Source of the DNA: Promethearchaeati archaeon
GTDB lineage: Archaea; Asgardarchaeota; Heimdallarchaeia; Heimdallarchaeales; Heimdallarchaeaceae
Direction of reading: 5' to 3'
Assembly: GCA_013166775.1 (NCBI GenBank)
Contig: JABLTJ010000002.1
Span: 96,001-160,000 of the forward strand
DNA length: 64,000 bases
In this document: piece after piece, positions 29,711 through 39,335 of the stretch
Layout of the letters: every line of letters starts with the position of its first letter
Position numbering within the stretch: the stretch's first letter is position 1
Notes under the pieces: generated by a model
The model's database searches: none
Told to the model about the DNA's origin: nothing
The model's input: the letters and a program-made list of their open reading frames with translations, nothing else
Program-made: the position numbers and the translations under genes

Positions 29711-30016
29711 CTATTTCGCTGTTTTTCGTTTAAGAACTATATCGATAGTCGAAACTGTTTTCATTCCATATTCGCCTTCAAGTTCTTCAGAACCGATATT
29801 TACTGTATCAATTTCAATGATCTCAGGTAAGAATCTTCTAGATGAAATTTCAGCAACGTCTACCGCTTTACTAATAGATCTGCCACGAGCACGAATAGTA
29901 CAAACGTTTTCCCCCTTGTTGAAGATTGTGACAATAACAAGGCAATAGTTCATTGTACCTTTTCTACCGATGTAGACAGCATTTTTCTCTTCTTTAGACA
30001 TGTTGTTCTTCTCCAT
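29711..30016 (-). CDS. albA: Alba DNA/RNA-binding chromatin protein
   Basis: VYIGRKGTMNY...IRARGRSISKAVDVAEI...VSTIDIVL. Confidence 0.93.
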   Translation of the reverse strand: MEKNNMSKEEKNAVYIGRKGTMNYCLVIVTIFNKGENVCTIRARGRSISKAVDVAEISSRRFLPEIIEIDTVNIGSEELEGEYGMKTVSTIDIVLKRKTAK

Positions 30017-30131
30017 TTTTTGAAAGAGGTAAATGACATAATAGTATCTACTCTTTTAAATCTTATTTTTCAATATAAAGTTTAAAAGAAAAAACTGTTG
30101 TCTAATAAAATGAAAGATATAGTATTTCTTT

Positions 30132-31145
30132 TTATTTTTGTTTAATTCTCTTTATCTTACGCTCTTTGAATGATTCTTCAAAATCTTGGTAATATAGTGA
30201 TTCTTCATAATCATAAGTGTATTCTCTATCTTTAGGAACAATTATTCGAATAGCATCATCAATTCTTTCCATTTCTGCTCTCAAACCTGTCTCATTGAAA
30301 ACTTCTCCTTCTGAAGTCCAACAAAGAGGTTCTTCATCTGTTTCTACAACAAGCTTCTTTCCTCTAGAAAGCCAAATTCCTCTCATACCAACATGATTTC
30401 CAGAACTAGCTTTTAGTAGCATCTTTAATCTTCTTAATCCACGCATTCCATGAGCTATAACTATTCCCAGATCTTTGTTTTTTTGAGAGAAATAAGGATT
30501 ACCTGGAAGGACTTCATATCCAGCAATAACATCACCTACAGCTGCAAAAGCATTTGTTAAATCTTCAATTCTTATAGGTTCTTTGTCATCTATGGTTATT
30601 GTACCTGCTAGATTCTTAAACTTAAGAACATATTTTACTGCAAGATAGTTGTATTTTATAACTCCTACTTTCATCCATTTCATTTCAGATTGAGAGGCTG
30701 CTGCAGCTTTTGCTGTAAATCCTCCATCAGCCATATCTAAAGCATAATAGCTATAATCGCCTGTACATTTAATTGCGGGAAAATTACCTACGTGACCCTC
30801 TGCAAATATTTCCAAACTGCTTTCTAAGTCGTATGGAATGGAGTGAGTTCTATGAATATCACACATAGAACCAGCAGATAGTAATCCTAGCGTTACATCA
30901 GGATGGTTTACAACAACATCTCCTATGTTCGTTGCTGTTCCATCTCCTCCGAGAGCTACAATAGTCCTGTATCCTTCACTGATTGCTTTTAAAGCAAGGT
31001 CAACTTCATGACGAGGTTTTTCAGTAAGTATATATTCAAAATCCCCAACATAGCTTCTTGTAATATTAAGAATCTTTTCTAAATTCTTCCCTAATCTTCC
31101 AGAATTGGCATTTGGGTTAATAATAACAAAAGGTTCCTTGCTCAT
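30132..31145 (-). CDS. Diacylglycerol/sphingosine kinase family protein
   Basis: IINPNANSG, ALGGDGT, GSMCD. Confidence 0.85.
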   Translation of the reverse strand: MSKEPFVIINPNANSGRLGKNLEKILNITRSYVGDFEYILTEKPRHEVDLALKAISEGYRTIVALGGDGTATNIGDVVVNHPDVTLGLLSAGSMCDIHRTHSIPYDLESSLEIFAEGHVGNFPAIKCTGDYSYYALDMADGGFTAKAAAASQSEMKWMKVGVIKYNYLAVKYVLKFKNLAGTITIDDKEPIRIEDLTNAFAAVGDVIAGYEVLPGNPYFSQKNKDLGIVIAHGMRGLRRLKMLLKASSGNHVGMRGIWLSRGKKLVVETDEEPLCWTSEGEVFNETGLRAEMERIDDAIRIIVPKDREYTYDYEESLYYQDFEESFKERKIKRIKQK

Positions 31146-31247
31146 TGATTGTAGAATTTTTGGCTTATTTATAAAATTAGTCTACTTTTGAACTAAAAAC
31201 TTATTTCATTGAATTACACAAGAAATAGATAGGTTTTAAAATCTGGG

Positions 31248-31589
31248 GTGACTAAGAAGAATAGTGATAAAATGATTTGTCCCAAATGTGGAACTGTAAA
31301 TGCTGATAATGCAAGATTTTGCGGAAAATGTGGTAGAGAACTAGATGTTCAACCAGAGCAACCAGCTCAACAGCAAGTAGAACAAAAAAAATCTAGAAAA
31401 TTTGTCAGATGCGCAAATGATAAACAACTCGGAGGAATATGTTCAGGTTTTGCCAAATATATTGATGCTGATGTCAGTTTAGTGAGAATTTTAACTCTCG
31501 TTAGTTTTCTAATATCTGGATCATTTACTTTCTGGGCTTATATTCTCTGCTGGATTATTGTGCCAGAAGAGGAATGTGATCAAAGATAA
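31248..31589 (+). CDS. Zinc-ribbon + PspC domain protein
   Basis: CPKCG...FCGKCG followed by DKQLGGICSGFAKY.DAD.SLVR...AYILCWIIVP. Confidence 0.88.
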   Translation: MTKKNSDKMICPKCGTVNADNARFCGKCGRELDVQPEQPAQQQVEQKKSRKFVRCANDKQLGGICSGFAKYIDADVSLVRILTLVSFLISGSFTFWAYILCWIIVPEEECDQR

Positions 31590-31597
31590 GCCCTTCC

Positions 31598-32377
31598 TTA
31601 TTTTTCTTTGAAAAATTCTTCTAATTTACTATCTTTTGATCGTTTAATTAATGGAAAGATTTCTTCCCACTTAATCACCTTAAATACAAGTTTATGATTA
31701 GTTAAATATTCCGAGACCTTTACAGGAAAATCTGGAGCAACTAATATTCCCTTAACTTCCTTTTTTTCTTTTTCTTGAAAAAATTCGATATAACGCTTTA
31801 ATTGATGAGCATCTTGAGGTGTAGCTTTTCGTTTCTTTACTTCAACTATTGTTTCTCCTTCTTTTCCAATCCCGCGTATGTCAACTGGACCAACATCTGT
31901 GTTATATTCAGTTTTAAGAACCTGAAAACCAGGTTCGATAAGTTCGGGATTAGAAACTAGATACTTAACTAAATCACTCTCATCACCATAGATTTCCAAT
32001 TCAGTTTCATCGTATGCATGCCAAAGTGCAAGAAATTGTAAGTTCGAGAAAAGTATTGTCAAGGTTTCCTCAGTTTTAGTTCTTTTGGTAAACATCTCTA
32101 ATAATTTCTCCTTAAGCTTAAACTGAATAGGTCCAGCCTGAGGTTTTTGCCAATTAAGAGGTTTAACACCTGTAGGTCCATGCATTATTATTGAGAGATC
32201 TTTCTTTATAAAAAGAAAACGATCACCATCTTCTAACGTTGACTTGATTCTACCATCAAAGAAAGCTTTACAGTGACCAGCAAGGATAATCATTTTTTCA
32301 CCCACTGCTGAATTCAATCTCTTAACAACTTCCGTTAATGAATCAAGTGATAGAATTTCAAAGTTAGTTATATCCAT
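31598..32377 (-). CDS. nucS: Endonuclease NucS/EndoMS
   Basis: KPLNWQ, ESDL, GPVDIRG, VEVK, QLKRY, GILVAP. Confidence 0.92.
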   Translation of the reverse strand: MDITNFEILSLDSLTEVVKRLNSAVGEKMIILAGHCKAFFDGRIKSTLEDGDRFLFIKKDLSIIMHGPTGVKPLNWQKPQAGPIQFKLKEKLLEMFTKRTKTEETLTILFSNLQFLALWHAYDETELEIYGDESDLVKYLVSNPELIEPGFQVLKTEYNTDVGPVDIRGIGKEGETIVEVKKRKATPQDAHQLKRYIEFFQEKEKKEVKGILVAPDFPVKVSEYLTNHKLVFKVIKWEEIFPLIKRSKDSKLEEFFKEK

Positions 32378-32527
32378 TTAAAGTCCTCTTGAATTGTGAT
32401 AACTAATCGATAAAGATTAAATCTGTTTTTATATTTATTTACTATTCAACAATAATAAAATCAATAAAAAACTATAAATGAGCAATTAATGAAGATATTA
32501 AATATCATATAATAGATGTGAGAATTA

Positions 32528-33346
32528 ATGGCTGAGATTATCCAAATTATGTTGTATATACAGGTTGCTACAGTTGTTGGCTGTTTAGCATACAGCGCTA
32601 TTATAGACCTGATAAAAAGAGAAATTTCTGATATCCCATGGATAATAATGGCTGTTGAGGGAGTCATTACAACCATAATCATAATCATTTTTTCCAATAG
32701 AAGTAGTTTGTACACAAGACAACAAGTAGGCATATCAGTAGCAATTAACCTTGTCGTGGGAGTACTATTGGGATACTTACTCTATTATACAGGCGTAATG
32801 GGAGGTGCAGATGCTAAAGCTCTAATGGCTTTATCAATAAACTCTTCAGTTTATCCTTTTCTAATTGGAGTAACTCAATTGGATGTTTACAGGTTTATGC
32901 CTTCAGTTTTCAACACATTTTTTAACTGGCTGTTAACAATGGTAATTATCTATCCCTTACCGCTTCTATTTTACAACGTCTACCTAAAATCTAAGGGAGC
33001 AAAACTATTCGAAGTAACTTCTGCTAATTTTGCTAGTAAAATTCTCATGATGATTTCAGGATATCTAATTCCAGTTGAAAAAGCTTTGAATAGAACAGAT
33101 GTTGTATACTCTGAAACATTCGATGAAGAAGAAGAAAAATGGGAAATCAAGCATTTCTTGCAAGTACAGGAAATAGAAGAAGAAGAGGAATTCAAGAAAG
33201 AGATAGAAGAGAAGATAAAAGAAACCAGAAGGAAAAAAATCTGGGTAAAAGTACTACCACCAGGAATTGTATTCCTTTTGATTGGTTACATAATAAATAT
33301 ACTTGCAGGAAATATTCTATTCCTTATTTATCATTTCACCTTGTAG
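32528..33346 (+). CDS. A24 prepilin/prearchaellin peptidase (PibD/FlaK-like)
   Basis: SAIIDLIKREISD and MGGADAKAL aspartate motifs in a polytopic membrane protein. Confidence 0.85.
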   Translation: MAEIIQIMLYIQVATVVGCLAYSAIIDLIKREISDIPWIIMAVEGVITTIIIIIFSNRSSLYTRQQVGISVAINLVVGVLLGYLLYYTGVMGGADAKALMALSINSSVYPFLIGVTQLDVYRFMPSVFNTFFNWLLTMVIIYPLPLLFYNVYLKSKGAKLFEVTSANFASKILMMISGYLIPVEKALNRTDVVYSETFDEEEEKWEIKHFLQVQEIEEEEEFKKEIEEKIKETRRKKIWVKVLPPGIVFLLIGYIINILAGNILFLIYHFTL

Positions 33347-33403
33347 AAGTATTGATTGAACTAAACAAATTTATAGGAATTGTCAACTGTTTAAACGATT
33401 AAA

Positions 33404-34090
33404 ATGGAACCAAATGAAATGGCGGAGAAAGCTATTGAGATGGTTAAGAACAAAAAAACAGATGAAATTGTTCCCTTTATTGTGAGTAAATTTGATGATG
33501 AAAAAGAAGTATTCAAAGCTCTCATTAGTGTTCAAGTACAAATGAAGGAAATAGGAGGAGGGTACCCTCCAGTTGGGGAGCAAATTAGAACTATTGACGA
33601 AATTATAGAATATACAGAGAAAGCTATCAGCTACGCTCTTGAGAATGGTAATACCCTAATAGCTGGAATATTGAATCATAATGTTGCATCATTCTGTTTT
33701 CCAAACATGGATGATGGAGTAGATGAGAGATTAATTGAACCTGGTTACAAAGCTGCAGTTAATGATTATGAACTAAGAAAGAAAATAGGCGATAAAGGTC
33801 CATTGCTTTGGGCTAAGTGGTTGGTTGGTGTTGCTGAGTTCATTAAAGGAGAAACAGAGAAGGGAATCAAAACCTTAGATGAAACAGCTAATTTAGCACA
33901 CGAAGATCCTGAAACAAAAAGCATTGAATCTTGGAGTAAATTAATGATAGGAAAATTCTACTTCAAATCTGATCCTAGTAAAGGAGCTTTAGCAATTGAA
34001 GTATTGGAAGAAGTCAAAGAGGAATTTACTTCTCAAGAAGATAAATGGGGATTGGATATATTAGAAGGAATTTTGAAAATTTATTTTTAA
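33404..34090 (+). CDS. Hypothetical helical (TPR-like) protein
   Basis: Long ORF with amphipathic helical pattern; no motif recognised. Confidence 0.6.
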   Translation: MEPNEMAEKAIEMVKNKKTDEIVPFIVSKFDDEKEVFKALISVQVQMKEIGGGYPPVGEQIRTIDEIIEYTEKAISYALENGNTLIAGILNHNVASFCFPNMDDGVDERLIEPGYKAAVNDYELRKKIGDKGPLLWAKWLVGVAEFIKGETEKGIKTLDETANLAHEDPETKSIESWSKLMIGKFYFKSDPSKGALAIEVLEEVKEEFTSQEDKWGLDILEGILKIYF

Positions 34091-34121
34091 AAAAGGGGAG
34101 ATAGGTCTCCCAATATGCTTC

Positions 34122-34913
34122 TTAATAGCTCATTTCATGCTTCAGTTCAAGCTCTTTCTCTATCTTGTTTTTTATATCTCCAGTAATATAATCTAATACC
34201 TCATTTTGATCAGCTTGTAATCTATGACATCGTTTAAAGTATGTCAAAATTGCGTTTACATCCCTTTGCAGAATACGATAAGCTCTCGTTAAAGGGATCA
34301 ATTTAGAACCTCCATCTATTGAGTCTTTCAGAGCGAATTTTTTTGTTTGTAGAAAATCAATCACTACTATTTCTTCATTATGAAGAATAATATTGTGTTC
34401 ACTGAAATCTCCATGAACATAGTGTAATTGAAATATATCATAAAGGAAATCGATGCATTTCTCCATTAACTCAGACGGATCATCAAAATACTCCTTTGAG
34501 AAATCCTTCAGTAGAGGCGAAGGTCCCGCATTGTCTCCAATTAATTCCATTGAAAAACTGAAATCATGCCATTTGTAAGGTTGAGGAACTGGCAATTTTA
34601 ATTCGAACAGATCTAGCGTTTTATAGAATTCCAACTTAGCAAACTGTTTGATTACTTGGTAAGGAGATATTCTAGAGGTATTGTTTATTCTTTGCCTGTG
34701 TGTTGTACGGTAAATTTTATAGCTTTTTAGAGCAATTTGTCTTTCTTCTTCATCTATTCCCCAGCAAACAAAAGCTTCTTTCCCTTGTCCTATTACCTGA
34801 AAAGCTTCCCTAATAAGATTATTTTCTATAGCTTCCGCTAAAGCTTCTTGAGGAGTCAGCTCATATGCTGAAACTCCTGTTTCACGCCACATCCAATATT
34901 TTTCATTCATCAC
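34122..34913 (-). CDS. RIO-family atypical Ser/Thr kinase
   Basis: GQGKEAFV, ALKSY, HGDFSEHNII, VIDF. Confidence 0.88.
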   Translation of the reverse strand: MMNEKYWMWRETGVSAYELTPQEALAEAIENNLIREAFQVIGQGKEAFVCWGIDEEERQIALKSYKIYRTTHRQRINNTSRISPYQVIKQFAKLEFYKTLDLFELKLPVPQPYKWHDFSFSMELIGDNAGPSPLLKDFSKEYFDDPSELMEKCIDFLYDIFQLHYVHGDFSEHNIILHNEEIVVIDFLQTKKFALKDSIDGGSKLIPLTRAYRILQRDVNAILTYFKRCHRLQADQNEVLDYITGDIKNKIEKELELKHEMSY

Positions 34914-35005
34914 TTTTTGTGCACATCCTTAGGAAGTATCAAGATAAGAGAAAATGATTACAGAGAAAATATCAATCTAAAGCAAATGTGGGTAAGAATA
35001 AAAGA

Positions 35006-35086
35006 TTATCTCGATAATCGAGGTGTCACTGTATCTAGCAAACGAAGACCAACAATTTTCTTTGTATATTTACTTTTCGCTTTCAT
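35006..35086 (-). CDS. Candidate 26-aa leader peptide (MKAKSKYTKKIVGLRLLDTVTPRLSR) upstream of the RIO kinase
   Basis: Strong SD AAGGAGGTG at 35106-35098, ATG at 35086, TAA at 35008-35006. Confidence 0.45.
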   Translation of the reverse strand: MKAKSKYTKKIVGLRLLDTVTPRLSR

Positions 35087-35171
35087 TTTGCTCTTGACAC
35101 CTCCTTACTATACTGAATTGATATTGAAAAACTCATTTATAAGAATTTCTAAAAAAGATAATTATACAAGC

Positions 35172-35375
35172 CTATTCTTCTTCTATGACTCGTTGCATGT
35201 AAATATCACAGTCCTTACAAACTAAGAAATCGTAAGAATCTTTGTCCTTATAGTATATTGTATAGAACATGGTTTTATTGCATTTACCACATTTAATATC
35301 GGATTCTTCTTCTGAAACGAATAACAATTTTTTCACGTCTTCATTGGGTGTTACATATTTGGACAACTTAATCAC
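35172..35375 (-). CDS. Small zinc-finger protein
   Basis: CGKC...CKDC. Confidence 0.65.
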   Translation of the reverse strand: MIKLSKYVTPNEDVKKLLFVSEEESDIKCGKCNKTMFYTIYYKDKDSYDFLVCKDCDIYMQRVIEEE

Positions 35376-35503
35376 CTAGGTTATGTGAATCTTATTCTTA
35401 AATAAAATAGCTCACGGTTATTAATATATATTTTTTTTTGAGTAAAAATATCCTTAAAGGTAAAATTAGATAAATAATGAATAAACATATATATGTGTGA
35501 ATA

Positions 35504-35893
35504 ATGGCACACTACGTTATGATTGGAGATATCTATAACATAAAATTCATCCTCCCAAACATCGGAGAAGCAGAAGGAGAACTAATAAGAATAAGAGGAC
35601 CTCATCTCACAGAACTTATGAATCGTGAGCTCCCAATTAATTCTAGAGGATTAAAGCGAGAAAATCTTTTCCTTATTCCTGTTAATTTTATTTATGCGAT
35701 TGAAAAACCTACTACCACTGCAAAGAGAGGAGATATCGTTTTTGAGCCAAAATCCAAAGCAATCATCATACTGCTAGAGGACAGGAAATTTGATTCAAAA
35801 ATTGCTGCAATAGGTTCAATAGTTAAGAATTTGAAAATGTTTGATAAATTATCCCAATCTACTGGTGTTCGCATAGAGAGTCTGAATGAGTAA
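35504..35893 (+). CDS. Cyclophilin-like fold protein (DUF369/DUF3830-like)
   Basis: P.LTE...RELPI...EKP....KRGDIVF.P.SKAIII pattern. Confidence 0.6.
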   Translation: MAHYVMIGDIYNIKFILPNIGEAEGELIRIRGPHLTELMNRELPINSRGLKRENLFLIPVNFIYAIEKPTTTAKRGDIVFEPKSKAIIILLEDRKFDSKIAAIGSIVKNLKMFDKLSQSTGVRIESLNE

Positions 35894-35974
35894 ACTTTAT
35901 GCTCTACTTGCTCATCAATATTTTTATAAATAGATTATACGTCAGTAAGTCGAAAGGTAATTTAAGGGATAATT

Positions 35975-36316
35975 ATGAGTAGCCGACAAAACATTGGTGA
36001 ATCTTTTAGATCAATAAGAAAGGAAATTGGAAAATTCGAATTCAGTGATAAGGTTTTAGATTTAATTTCATTAGTGGGAGTAGTATTGTTCATAATATCT
36101 TTTATCTCTGTTTTCCTGTCTGATAAATTCAACATAGTAAATATTGTATTTATATTATATCCTCTAGCTATTGGTGGTTTAGCAGCGGCTTTTCGAATGA
36201 AAAGAAGAGATAAACCTGAAGATACACCAAAAATGTTCAGAGAATGGTTAATCATAATGAGTTCCATCACAGTAATTGGTATATTAATCATCATAATTGC
36301 ACATATTCTCTTCTAA
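35975..36316 (+). CDS. Small membrane protein (3 TM)
   Basis: Three hydrophobic segments. Confidence 0.65.
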   Translation: MSSRQNIGESFRSIRKEIGKFEFSDKVLDLISLVGVVLFIISFISVFLSDKFNIVNIVFILYPLAIGGLAAAFRMKRRDKPEDTPKMFREWLIIMSSITVIGILIIIIAHILF

Positions 36317-36369
36317 AAGTATTAGACTATCAGCAATTTTTTTATATCTTGGTAGGGTTACATTATTTA

Positions 36370-37797
36370 ATGACTCATGAAACTTATCGAATTTATTCAA
36401 GAGTTTTAAAGTTTGGACAAAAAATAGGACTCAGAAGATTCATAGAAACTATTGTTTTTTCGTTAACTATCTTTGCTATTACTTCAGTTTATTTTGTAGT
36501 TCTCACTCGAACTTCAGAAGCAATACGTCTTTCAGCGTTTACAGCTGCAGGAACATACATTTTCTTTCCTCTAGGTTTATTCGCTGAAATTGCATTAATC
36601 TTAAGTTATATTGAAAATCGATATCAAATTGATATTTTTGGTGATAGTATAAACAAATTCTTTGGTTTCTTTAGTTTCATTTCAATAACTGTTATAATTC
36701 TATATTCCGCTATTCCTGGATTATATCTAGATAAGGAATTAAATGCTTATAATATCTCAATCATAGTTCTTTTCTTCCTGCTTGCTGTAATTGAAACAGG
36801 GTACTTTCTCTACTCTTCCCCAAGATTAGTAAAATCAGAAACATTTGGTTTGGAATATCAATTCTCAAACATGGAAAAAAGACTTAAAGATAAAAGATTA
36901 ATCGACTTACCGATTGAAAAAGCTATTAACAAAGGATTAAATGCTATAAAGAAGCGAATTAATGAAGAAGGATTATGGGGAGAATTGAGTTCAGTTTATG
37001 AAACAGCTTGCGTTCTTGATTTATTCCATAAGTTGGGGTACAATAGAGATACAGAATGGGTGATTTCTACCTCAGAAGGTAAAAAGACTGTTACTTTAGG
37101 GCAAACACTAGATAATATGGAAGCTATAATAAATACAGCAGAGACAATTGAAACTTCATATGAGCAATTCTATGTTCTTTATGCTCTAAGCTTATTTAAT
37201 CCAACTATATTCGATGATAGAAATCAAGAGATACAAGATTTTCATGATTCAGTTTTTGAAGAAACAGAATGGGATTTCATTAATAAATTGAACAGATTTA
37301 CACCAAATCTTAGATCAAGAACAACTCCTATTCATCTAATAATGGCCTATGTTGGAGATGTAACAGGCAATATTACTACCCTAGATAGAATGGCATCTTT
37401 ATTCTCAGCTAGCATTGAAATCGTCATAAAACGTGGATATGCTCGTTTTTCAACATCACAAACAGGGAGAACACCAATAGAAATGTTCGCAAAGCTATTG
37501 CTTGCCTTACATGATATCAGGAGAGCTCCTACAAGAAGACAACAATTCATTCAAGCTATTACAGGAACACAATTTATTGAAGGTTCTTGGGCTGGAAATG
37601 TAGGAACTACAGCTTATGTGATACAGGCTCTCATTCCTAGCGAAAATGCTGATTCTATCACATTGAAGAAAGCTGCTATCTACTTAGCTGCTATTCAAGA
37701 CAAGGAAGGATTATGGGGAGCAAACATAGAAGATACTACAATAGTTCTAAAAGCTCTAATTTCTCTTAAAAGAATGGCAGAACAAGAGACTGTTTAG
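36370..37797 (+). CDS. Membrane protein with C-terminal prenyltransferase/terpene-cyclase-like alpha-barrel repeats
   Basis: About 4 N-terminal TM helices; repeats NEEGLW, Q.IEGSW, AAIYLAAIQDKEGLW; start taken at ATG 36370. Confidence 0.65.
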   Translation: MTHETYRIYSRVLKFGQKIGLRRFIETIVFSLTIFAITSVYFVVLTRTSEAIRLSAFTAAGTYIFFPLGLFAEIALILSYIENRYQIDIFGDSINKFFGFFSFISITVIILYSAIPGLYLDKELNAYNISIIVLFFLLAVIETGYFLYSSPRLVKSETFGLEYQFSNMEKRLKDKRLIDLPIEKAINKGLNAIKKRINEEGLWGELSSVYETACVLDLFHKLGYNRDTEWVISTSEGKKTVTLGQTLDNMEAIINTAETIETSYEQFYVLYALSLFNPTIFDDRNQEIQDFHDSVFEETEWDFINKLNRFTPNLRSRTTPIHLIMAYVGDVTGNITTLDRMASLFSASIEIVIKRGYARFSTSQTGRTPIEMFAKLLLALHDIRRAPTRRQQFIQAITGTQFIEGSWAGNVGTTAYVIQALIPSENADSITLKKAAIYLAAIQDKEGLWGANIEDTTIVLKALISLKRMAEQETV

Positions 37798-37861
37798 ATA
37801 CAGTTCTTATTTTTCTTTATTATATATAGTTAAAAAGAGATATTTAATTTATAGAAAGGAG

Positions 37862-38362
37862 ATGAAAATGAGTACTGTCTATATTGCTTGTTCTATGATA
37901 AGATCTGTAGGAATCGATTTCTCTCTATTAGATATTTTAGAAGAGTGGATAATAAATCAGCAACTATTACCTTTTACTCCAGGAAAGATGGAAGATACAA
38001 GTCCGGATGTAATTTTCAAAAGAGATATGAAAATGTTGGAAAAATCTGATTTCATTATTGCAGACGTCAATGAACCTTCCCATGGAGTTGGGATGGAAAT
38101 CATGTATGCTTATGAACATGGAATGCCAGTTATTTGTGTACTAAACAAAGAGAACAGACCATTTTCGAGGATGGTAGATGGGAGTCCTCATGTTTACTTG
38201 ATTGAATATGAAAACAAAGAAAATCTGAAAACAAAATTAGAAAGAATCAAATTGAAAGATTTATTGATAGAATTTTGTGAAACTTGCCAGAATAGAACAA
38301 TACACTACGAGAAAGTATGTAAAAGATGTAAAAATAAAGGTAACAGCCCCAAGGCGATTTGA
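37862..38362 (+). CDS. Nucleoside 2-deoxyribosyltransferase / RCL-like N-glycosidase with C-terminal Zn ribbon
   Basis: VYIACS, IFKRD...EKSDFIIA..PSHGVGMEI.YA; CETC..CKRC. Confidence 0.8.
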   Translation: MKMSTVYIACSMIRSVGIDFSLLDILEEWIINQQLLPFTPGKMEDTSPDVIFKRDMKMLEKSDFIIADVNEPSHGVGMEIMYAYEHGMPVICVLNKENRPFSRMVDGSPHVYLIEYENKENLKTKLERIKLKDLLIEFCETCQNRTIHYEKVCKRCKNKGNSPKAI

Positions 38363-38415
38363 ACGCCTGCCTCAGGATCCAGAGTCCCGTATCCTTCCAA
38401 CTAGACTATGGGGCT
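38344..38415 (-). tRNA. tRNA-Gln(CUG), intronless, A1-U72, G73
   Basis: AGCCCCA...CGGGA-CT-CTG-GA-TCCTG...AGGCG-TTCAAAT-CGCCT-TGGGGCT-G. Confidence 0.9.
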
Positions 38416-38549
38416 TTGTTTCTTATGGTGTCTGGTTTTTACCTAAATAAAATTTTTTGGTAATAACAATTAATTGAGTCCTTAATTATAGAGATAAATT
38501 CTTAAATACTTTGTATTTTTTTACTAAATGCTTATCAAAGTGGTGAAAT

Positions 38550-39128
38550 ATGCAAGAAAAGCCACTAAAAAACAGATTTATAGCAATTTTCAAGCTTCTA
38601 AGTAAAGAGTATATTCTTCTCTCGATTTGTACTTTCTTAGTTCTTTTGGCTCTTATAATAGATCTTTTTACTTCAGTAAATTATTTCTTAACAATAGTAC
38701 TTATACTCACATGTTTCTTAGTTGGAATTTTATTAAATAAAAAAATTTCAGTAATATTTGCAAGTGTAATGATTGTTATTTATTGTTCAGCTATATTTTC
38801 GTTGTTGATGGTAAATCAGGATTTATTTGATAATTCTGATCTTGCTTCGATTATGTACAGAATAGGCGGAGGAGCTTGGGGACTTTGGGGATTGTTATTA
38901 TTCCCACCTTTTATAATAATAGGTGGTTCAACTTTTCTAGGAGCATGTATTCAAGTGATTATATTTTATTCTACAACTCCAAAAGAAGAAATAGAAGAAA
39001 AACATGTAAAAAAAATATGTCCTAATTGCCTTTCAGTTAATTCAAAAGAATCAACGAATTGTAAAAAATGTGGAAAAAAATTTCAATCAGTACAGACTAA
39101 TAGTAAAAATGATTCTTTCAATTTATAG
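38550..39128 (+). CDS. Membrane protein with C-terminal zinc ribbon
   Basis: Several TM segments then CPNC...CKKCG. Confidence 0.7.
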   Translation: MQEKPLKNRFIAIFKLLSKEYILLSICTFLVLLALIIDLFTSVNYFLTIVLILTCFLVGILLNKKISVIFASVMIVIYCSAIFSLLMVNQDLFDNSDLASIMYRIGGGAWGLWGLLLFPPFIIIGGSTFLGACIQVIIFYSTTPKEEIEEKHVKKICPNCLSVNSKESTNCKKCGKKFQSVQTNSKNDSFNL

Positions 39129-39141
39129 AAAAGAAAGGTAG

Positions 39142-39244
39142 TTGCCCCAAGGTGATTAATTCAAGGCTTCCCTCGAGAACACCTTTTTGAACACCTGTCT
39201 CTGGGATCAAATCCCAGCGTGATTGACCGCTACACTATGGGGCT
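39142..39244 (-). tRNA. Non-canonical tRNA-Gln(UUG) with 30-nt T-loop intron (39156-39185)
   Basis: Cloverleaf with CTGGG-ATTTGAT-CCCAG anticodon arm and AGGTG-TTCAAA[intron]T-CACCT; A1/A72 mismatch. Confidence 0.7.
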
Positions 39245-39335
39245 GTCGATTATTTCTTTCTATTTCTCTTGATTTCCCTATTTGGTTTTAAATCCTTCTT
39301 TTTTTACCTAGTGTTAATATAACTTGGTTTCTAGA

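Noticed and set aside
34917-35225. Plus-strand 102-aa ORF between the RIO kinase and the Zn-finger gene
   Set aside because: No SD or motif, overlaps the Zn-finger gene; minus-strand signals explain the region better
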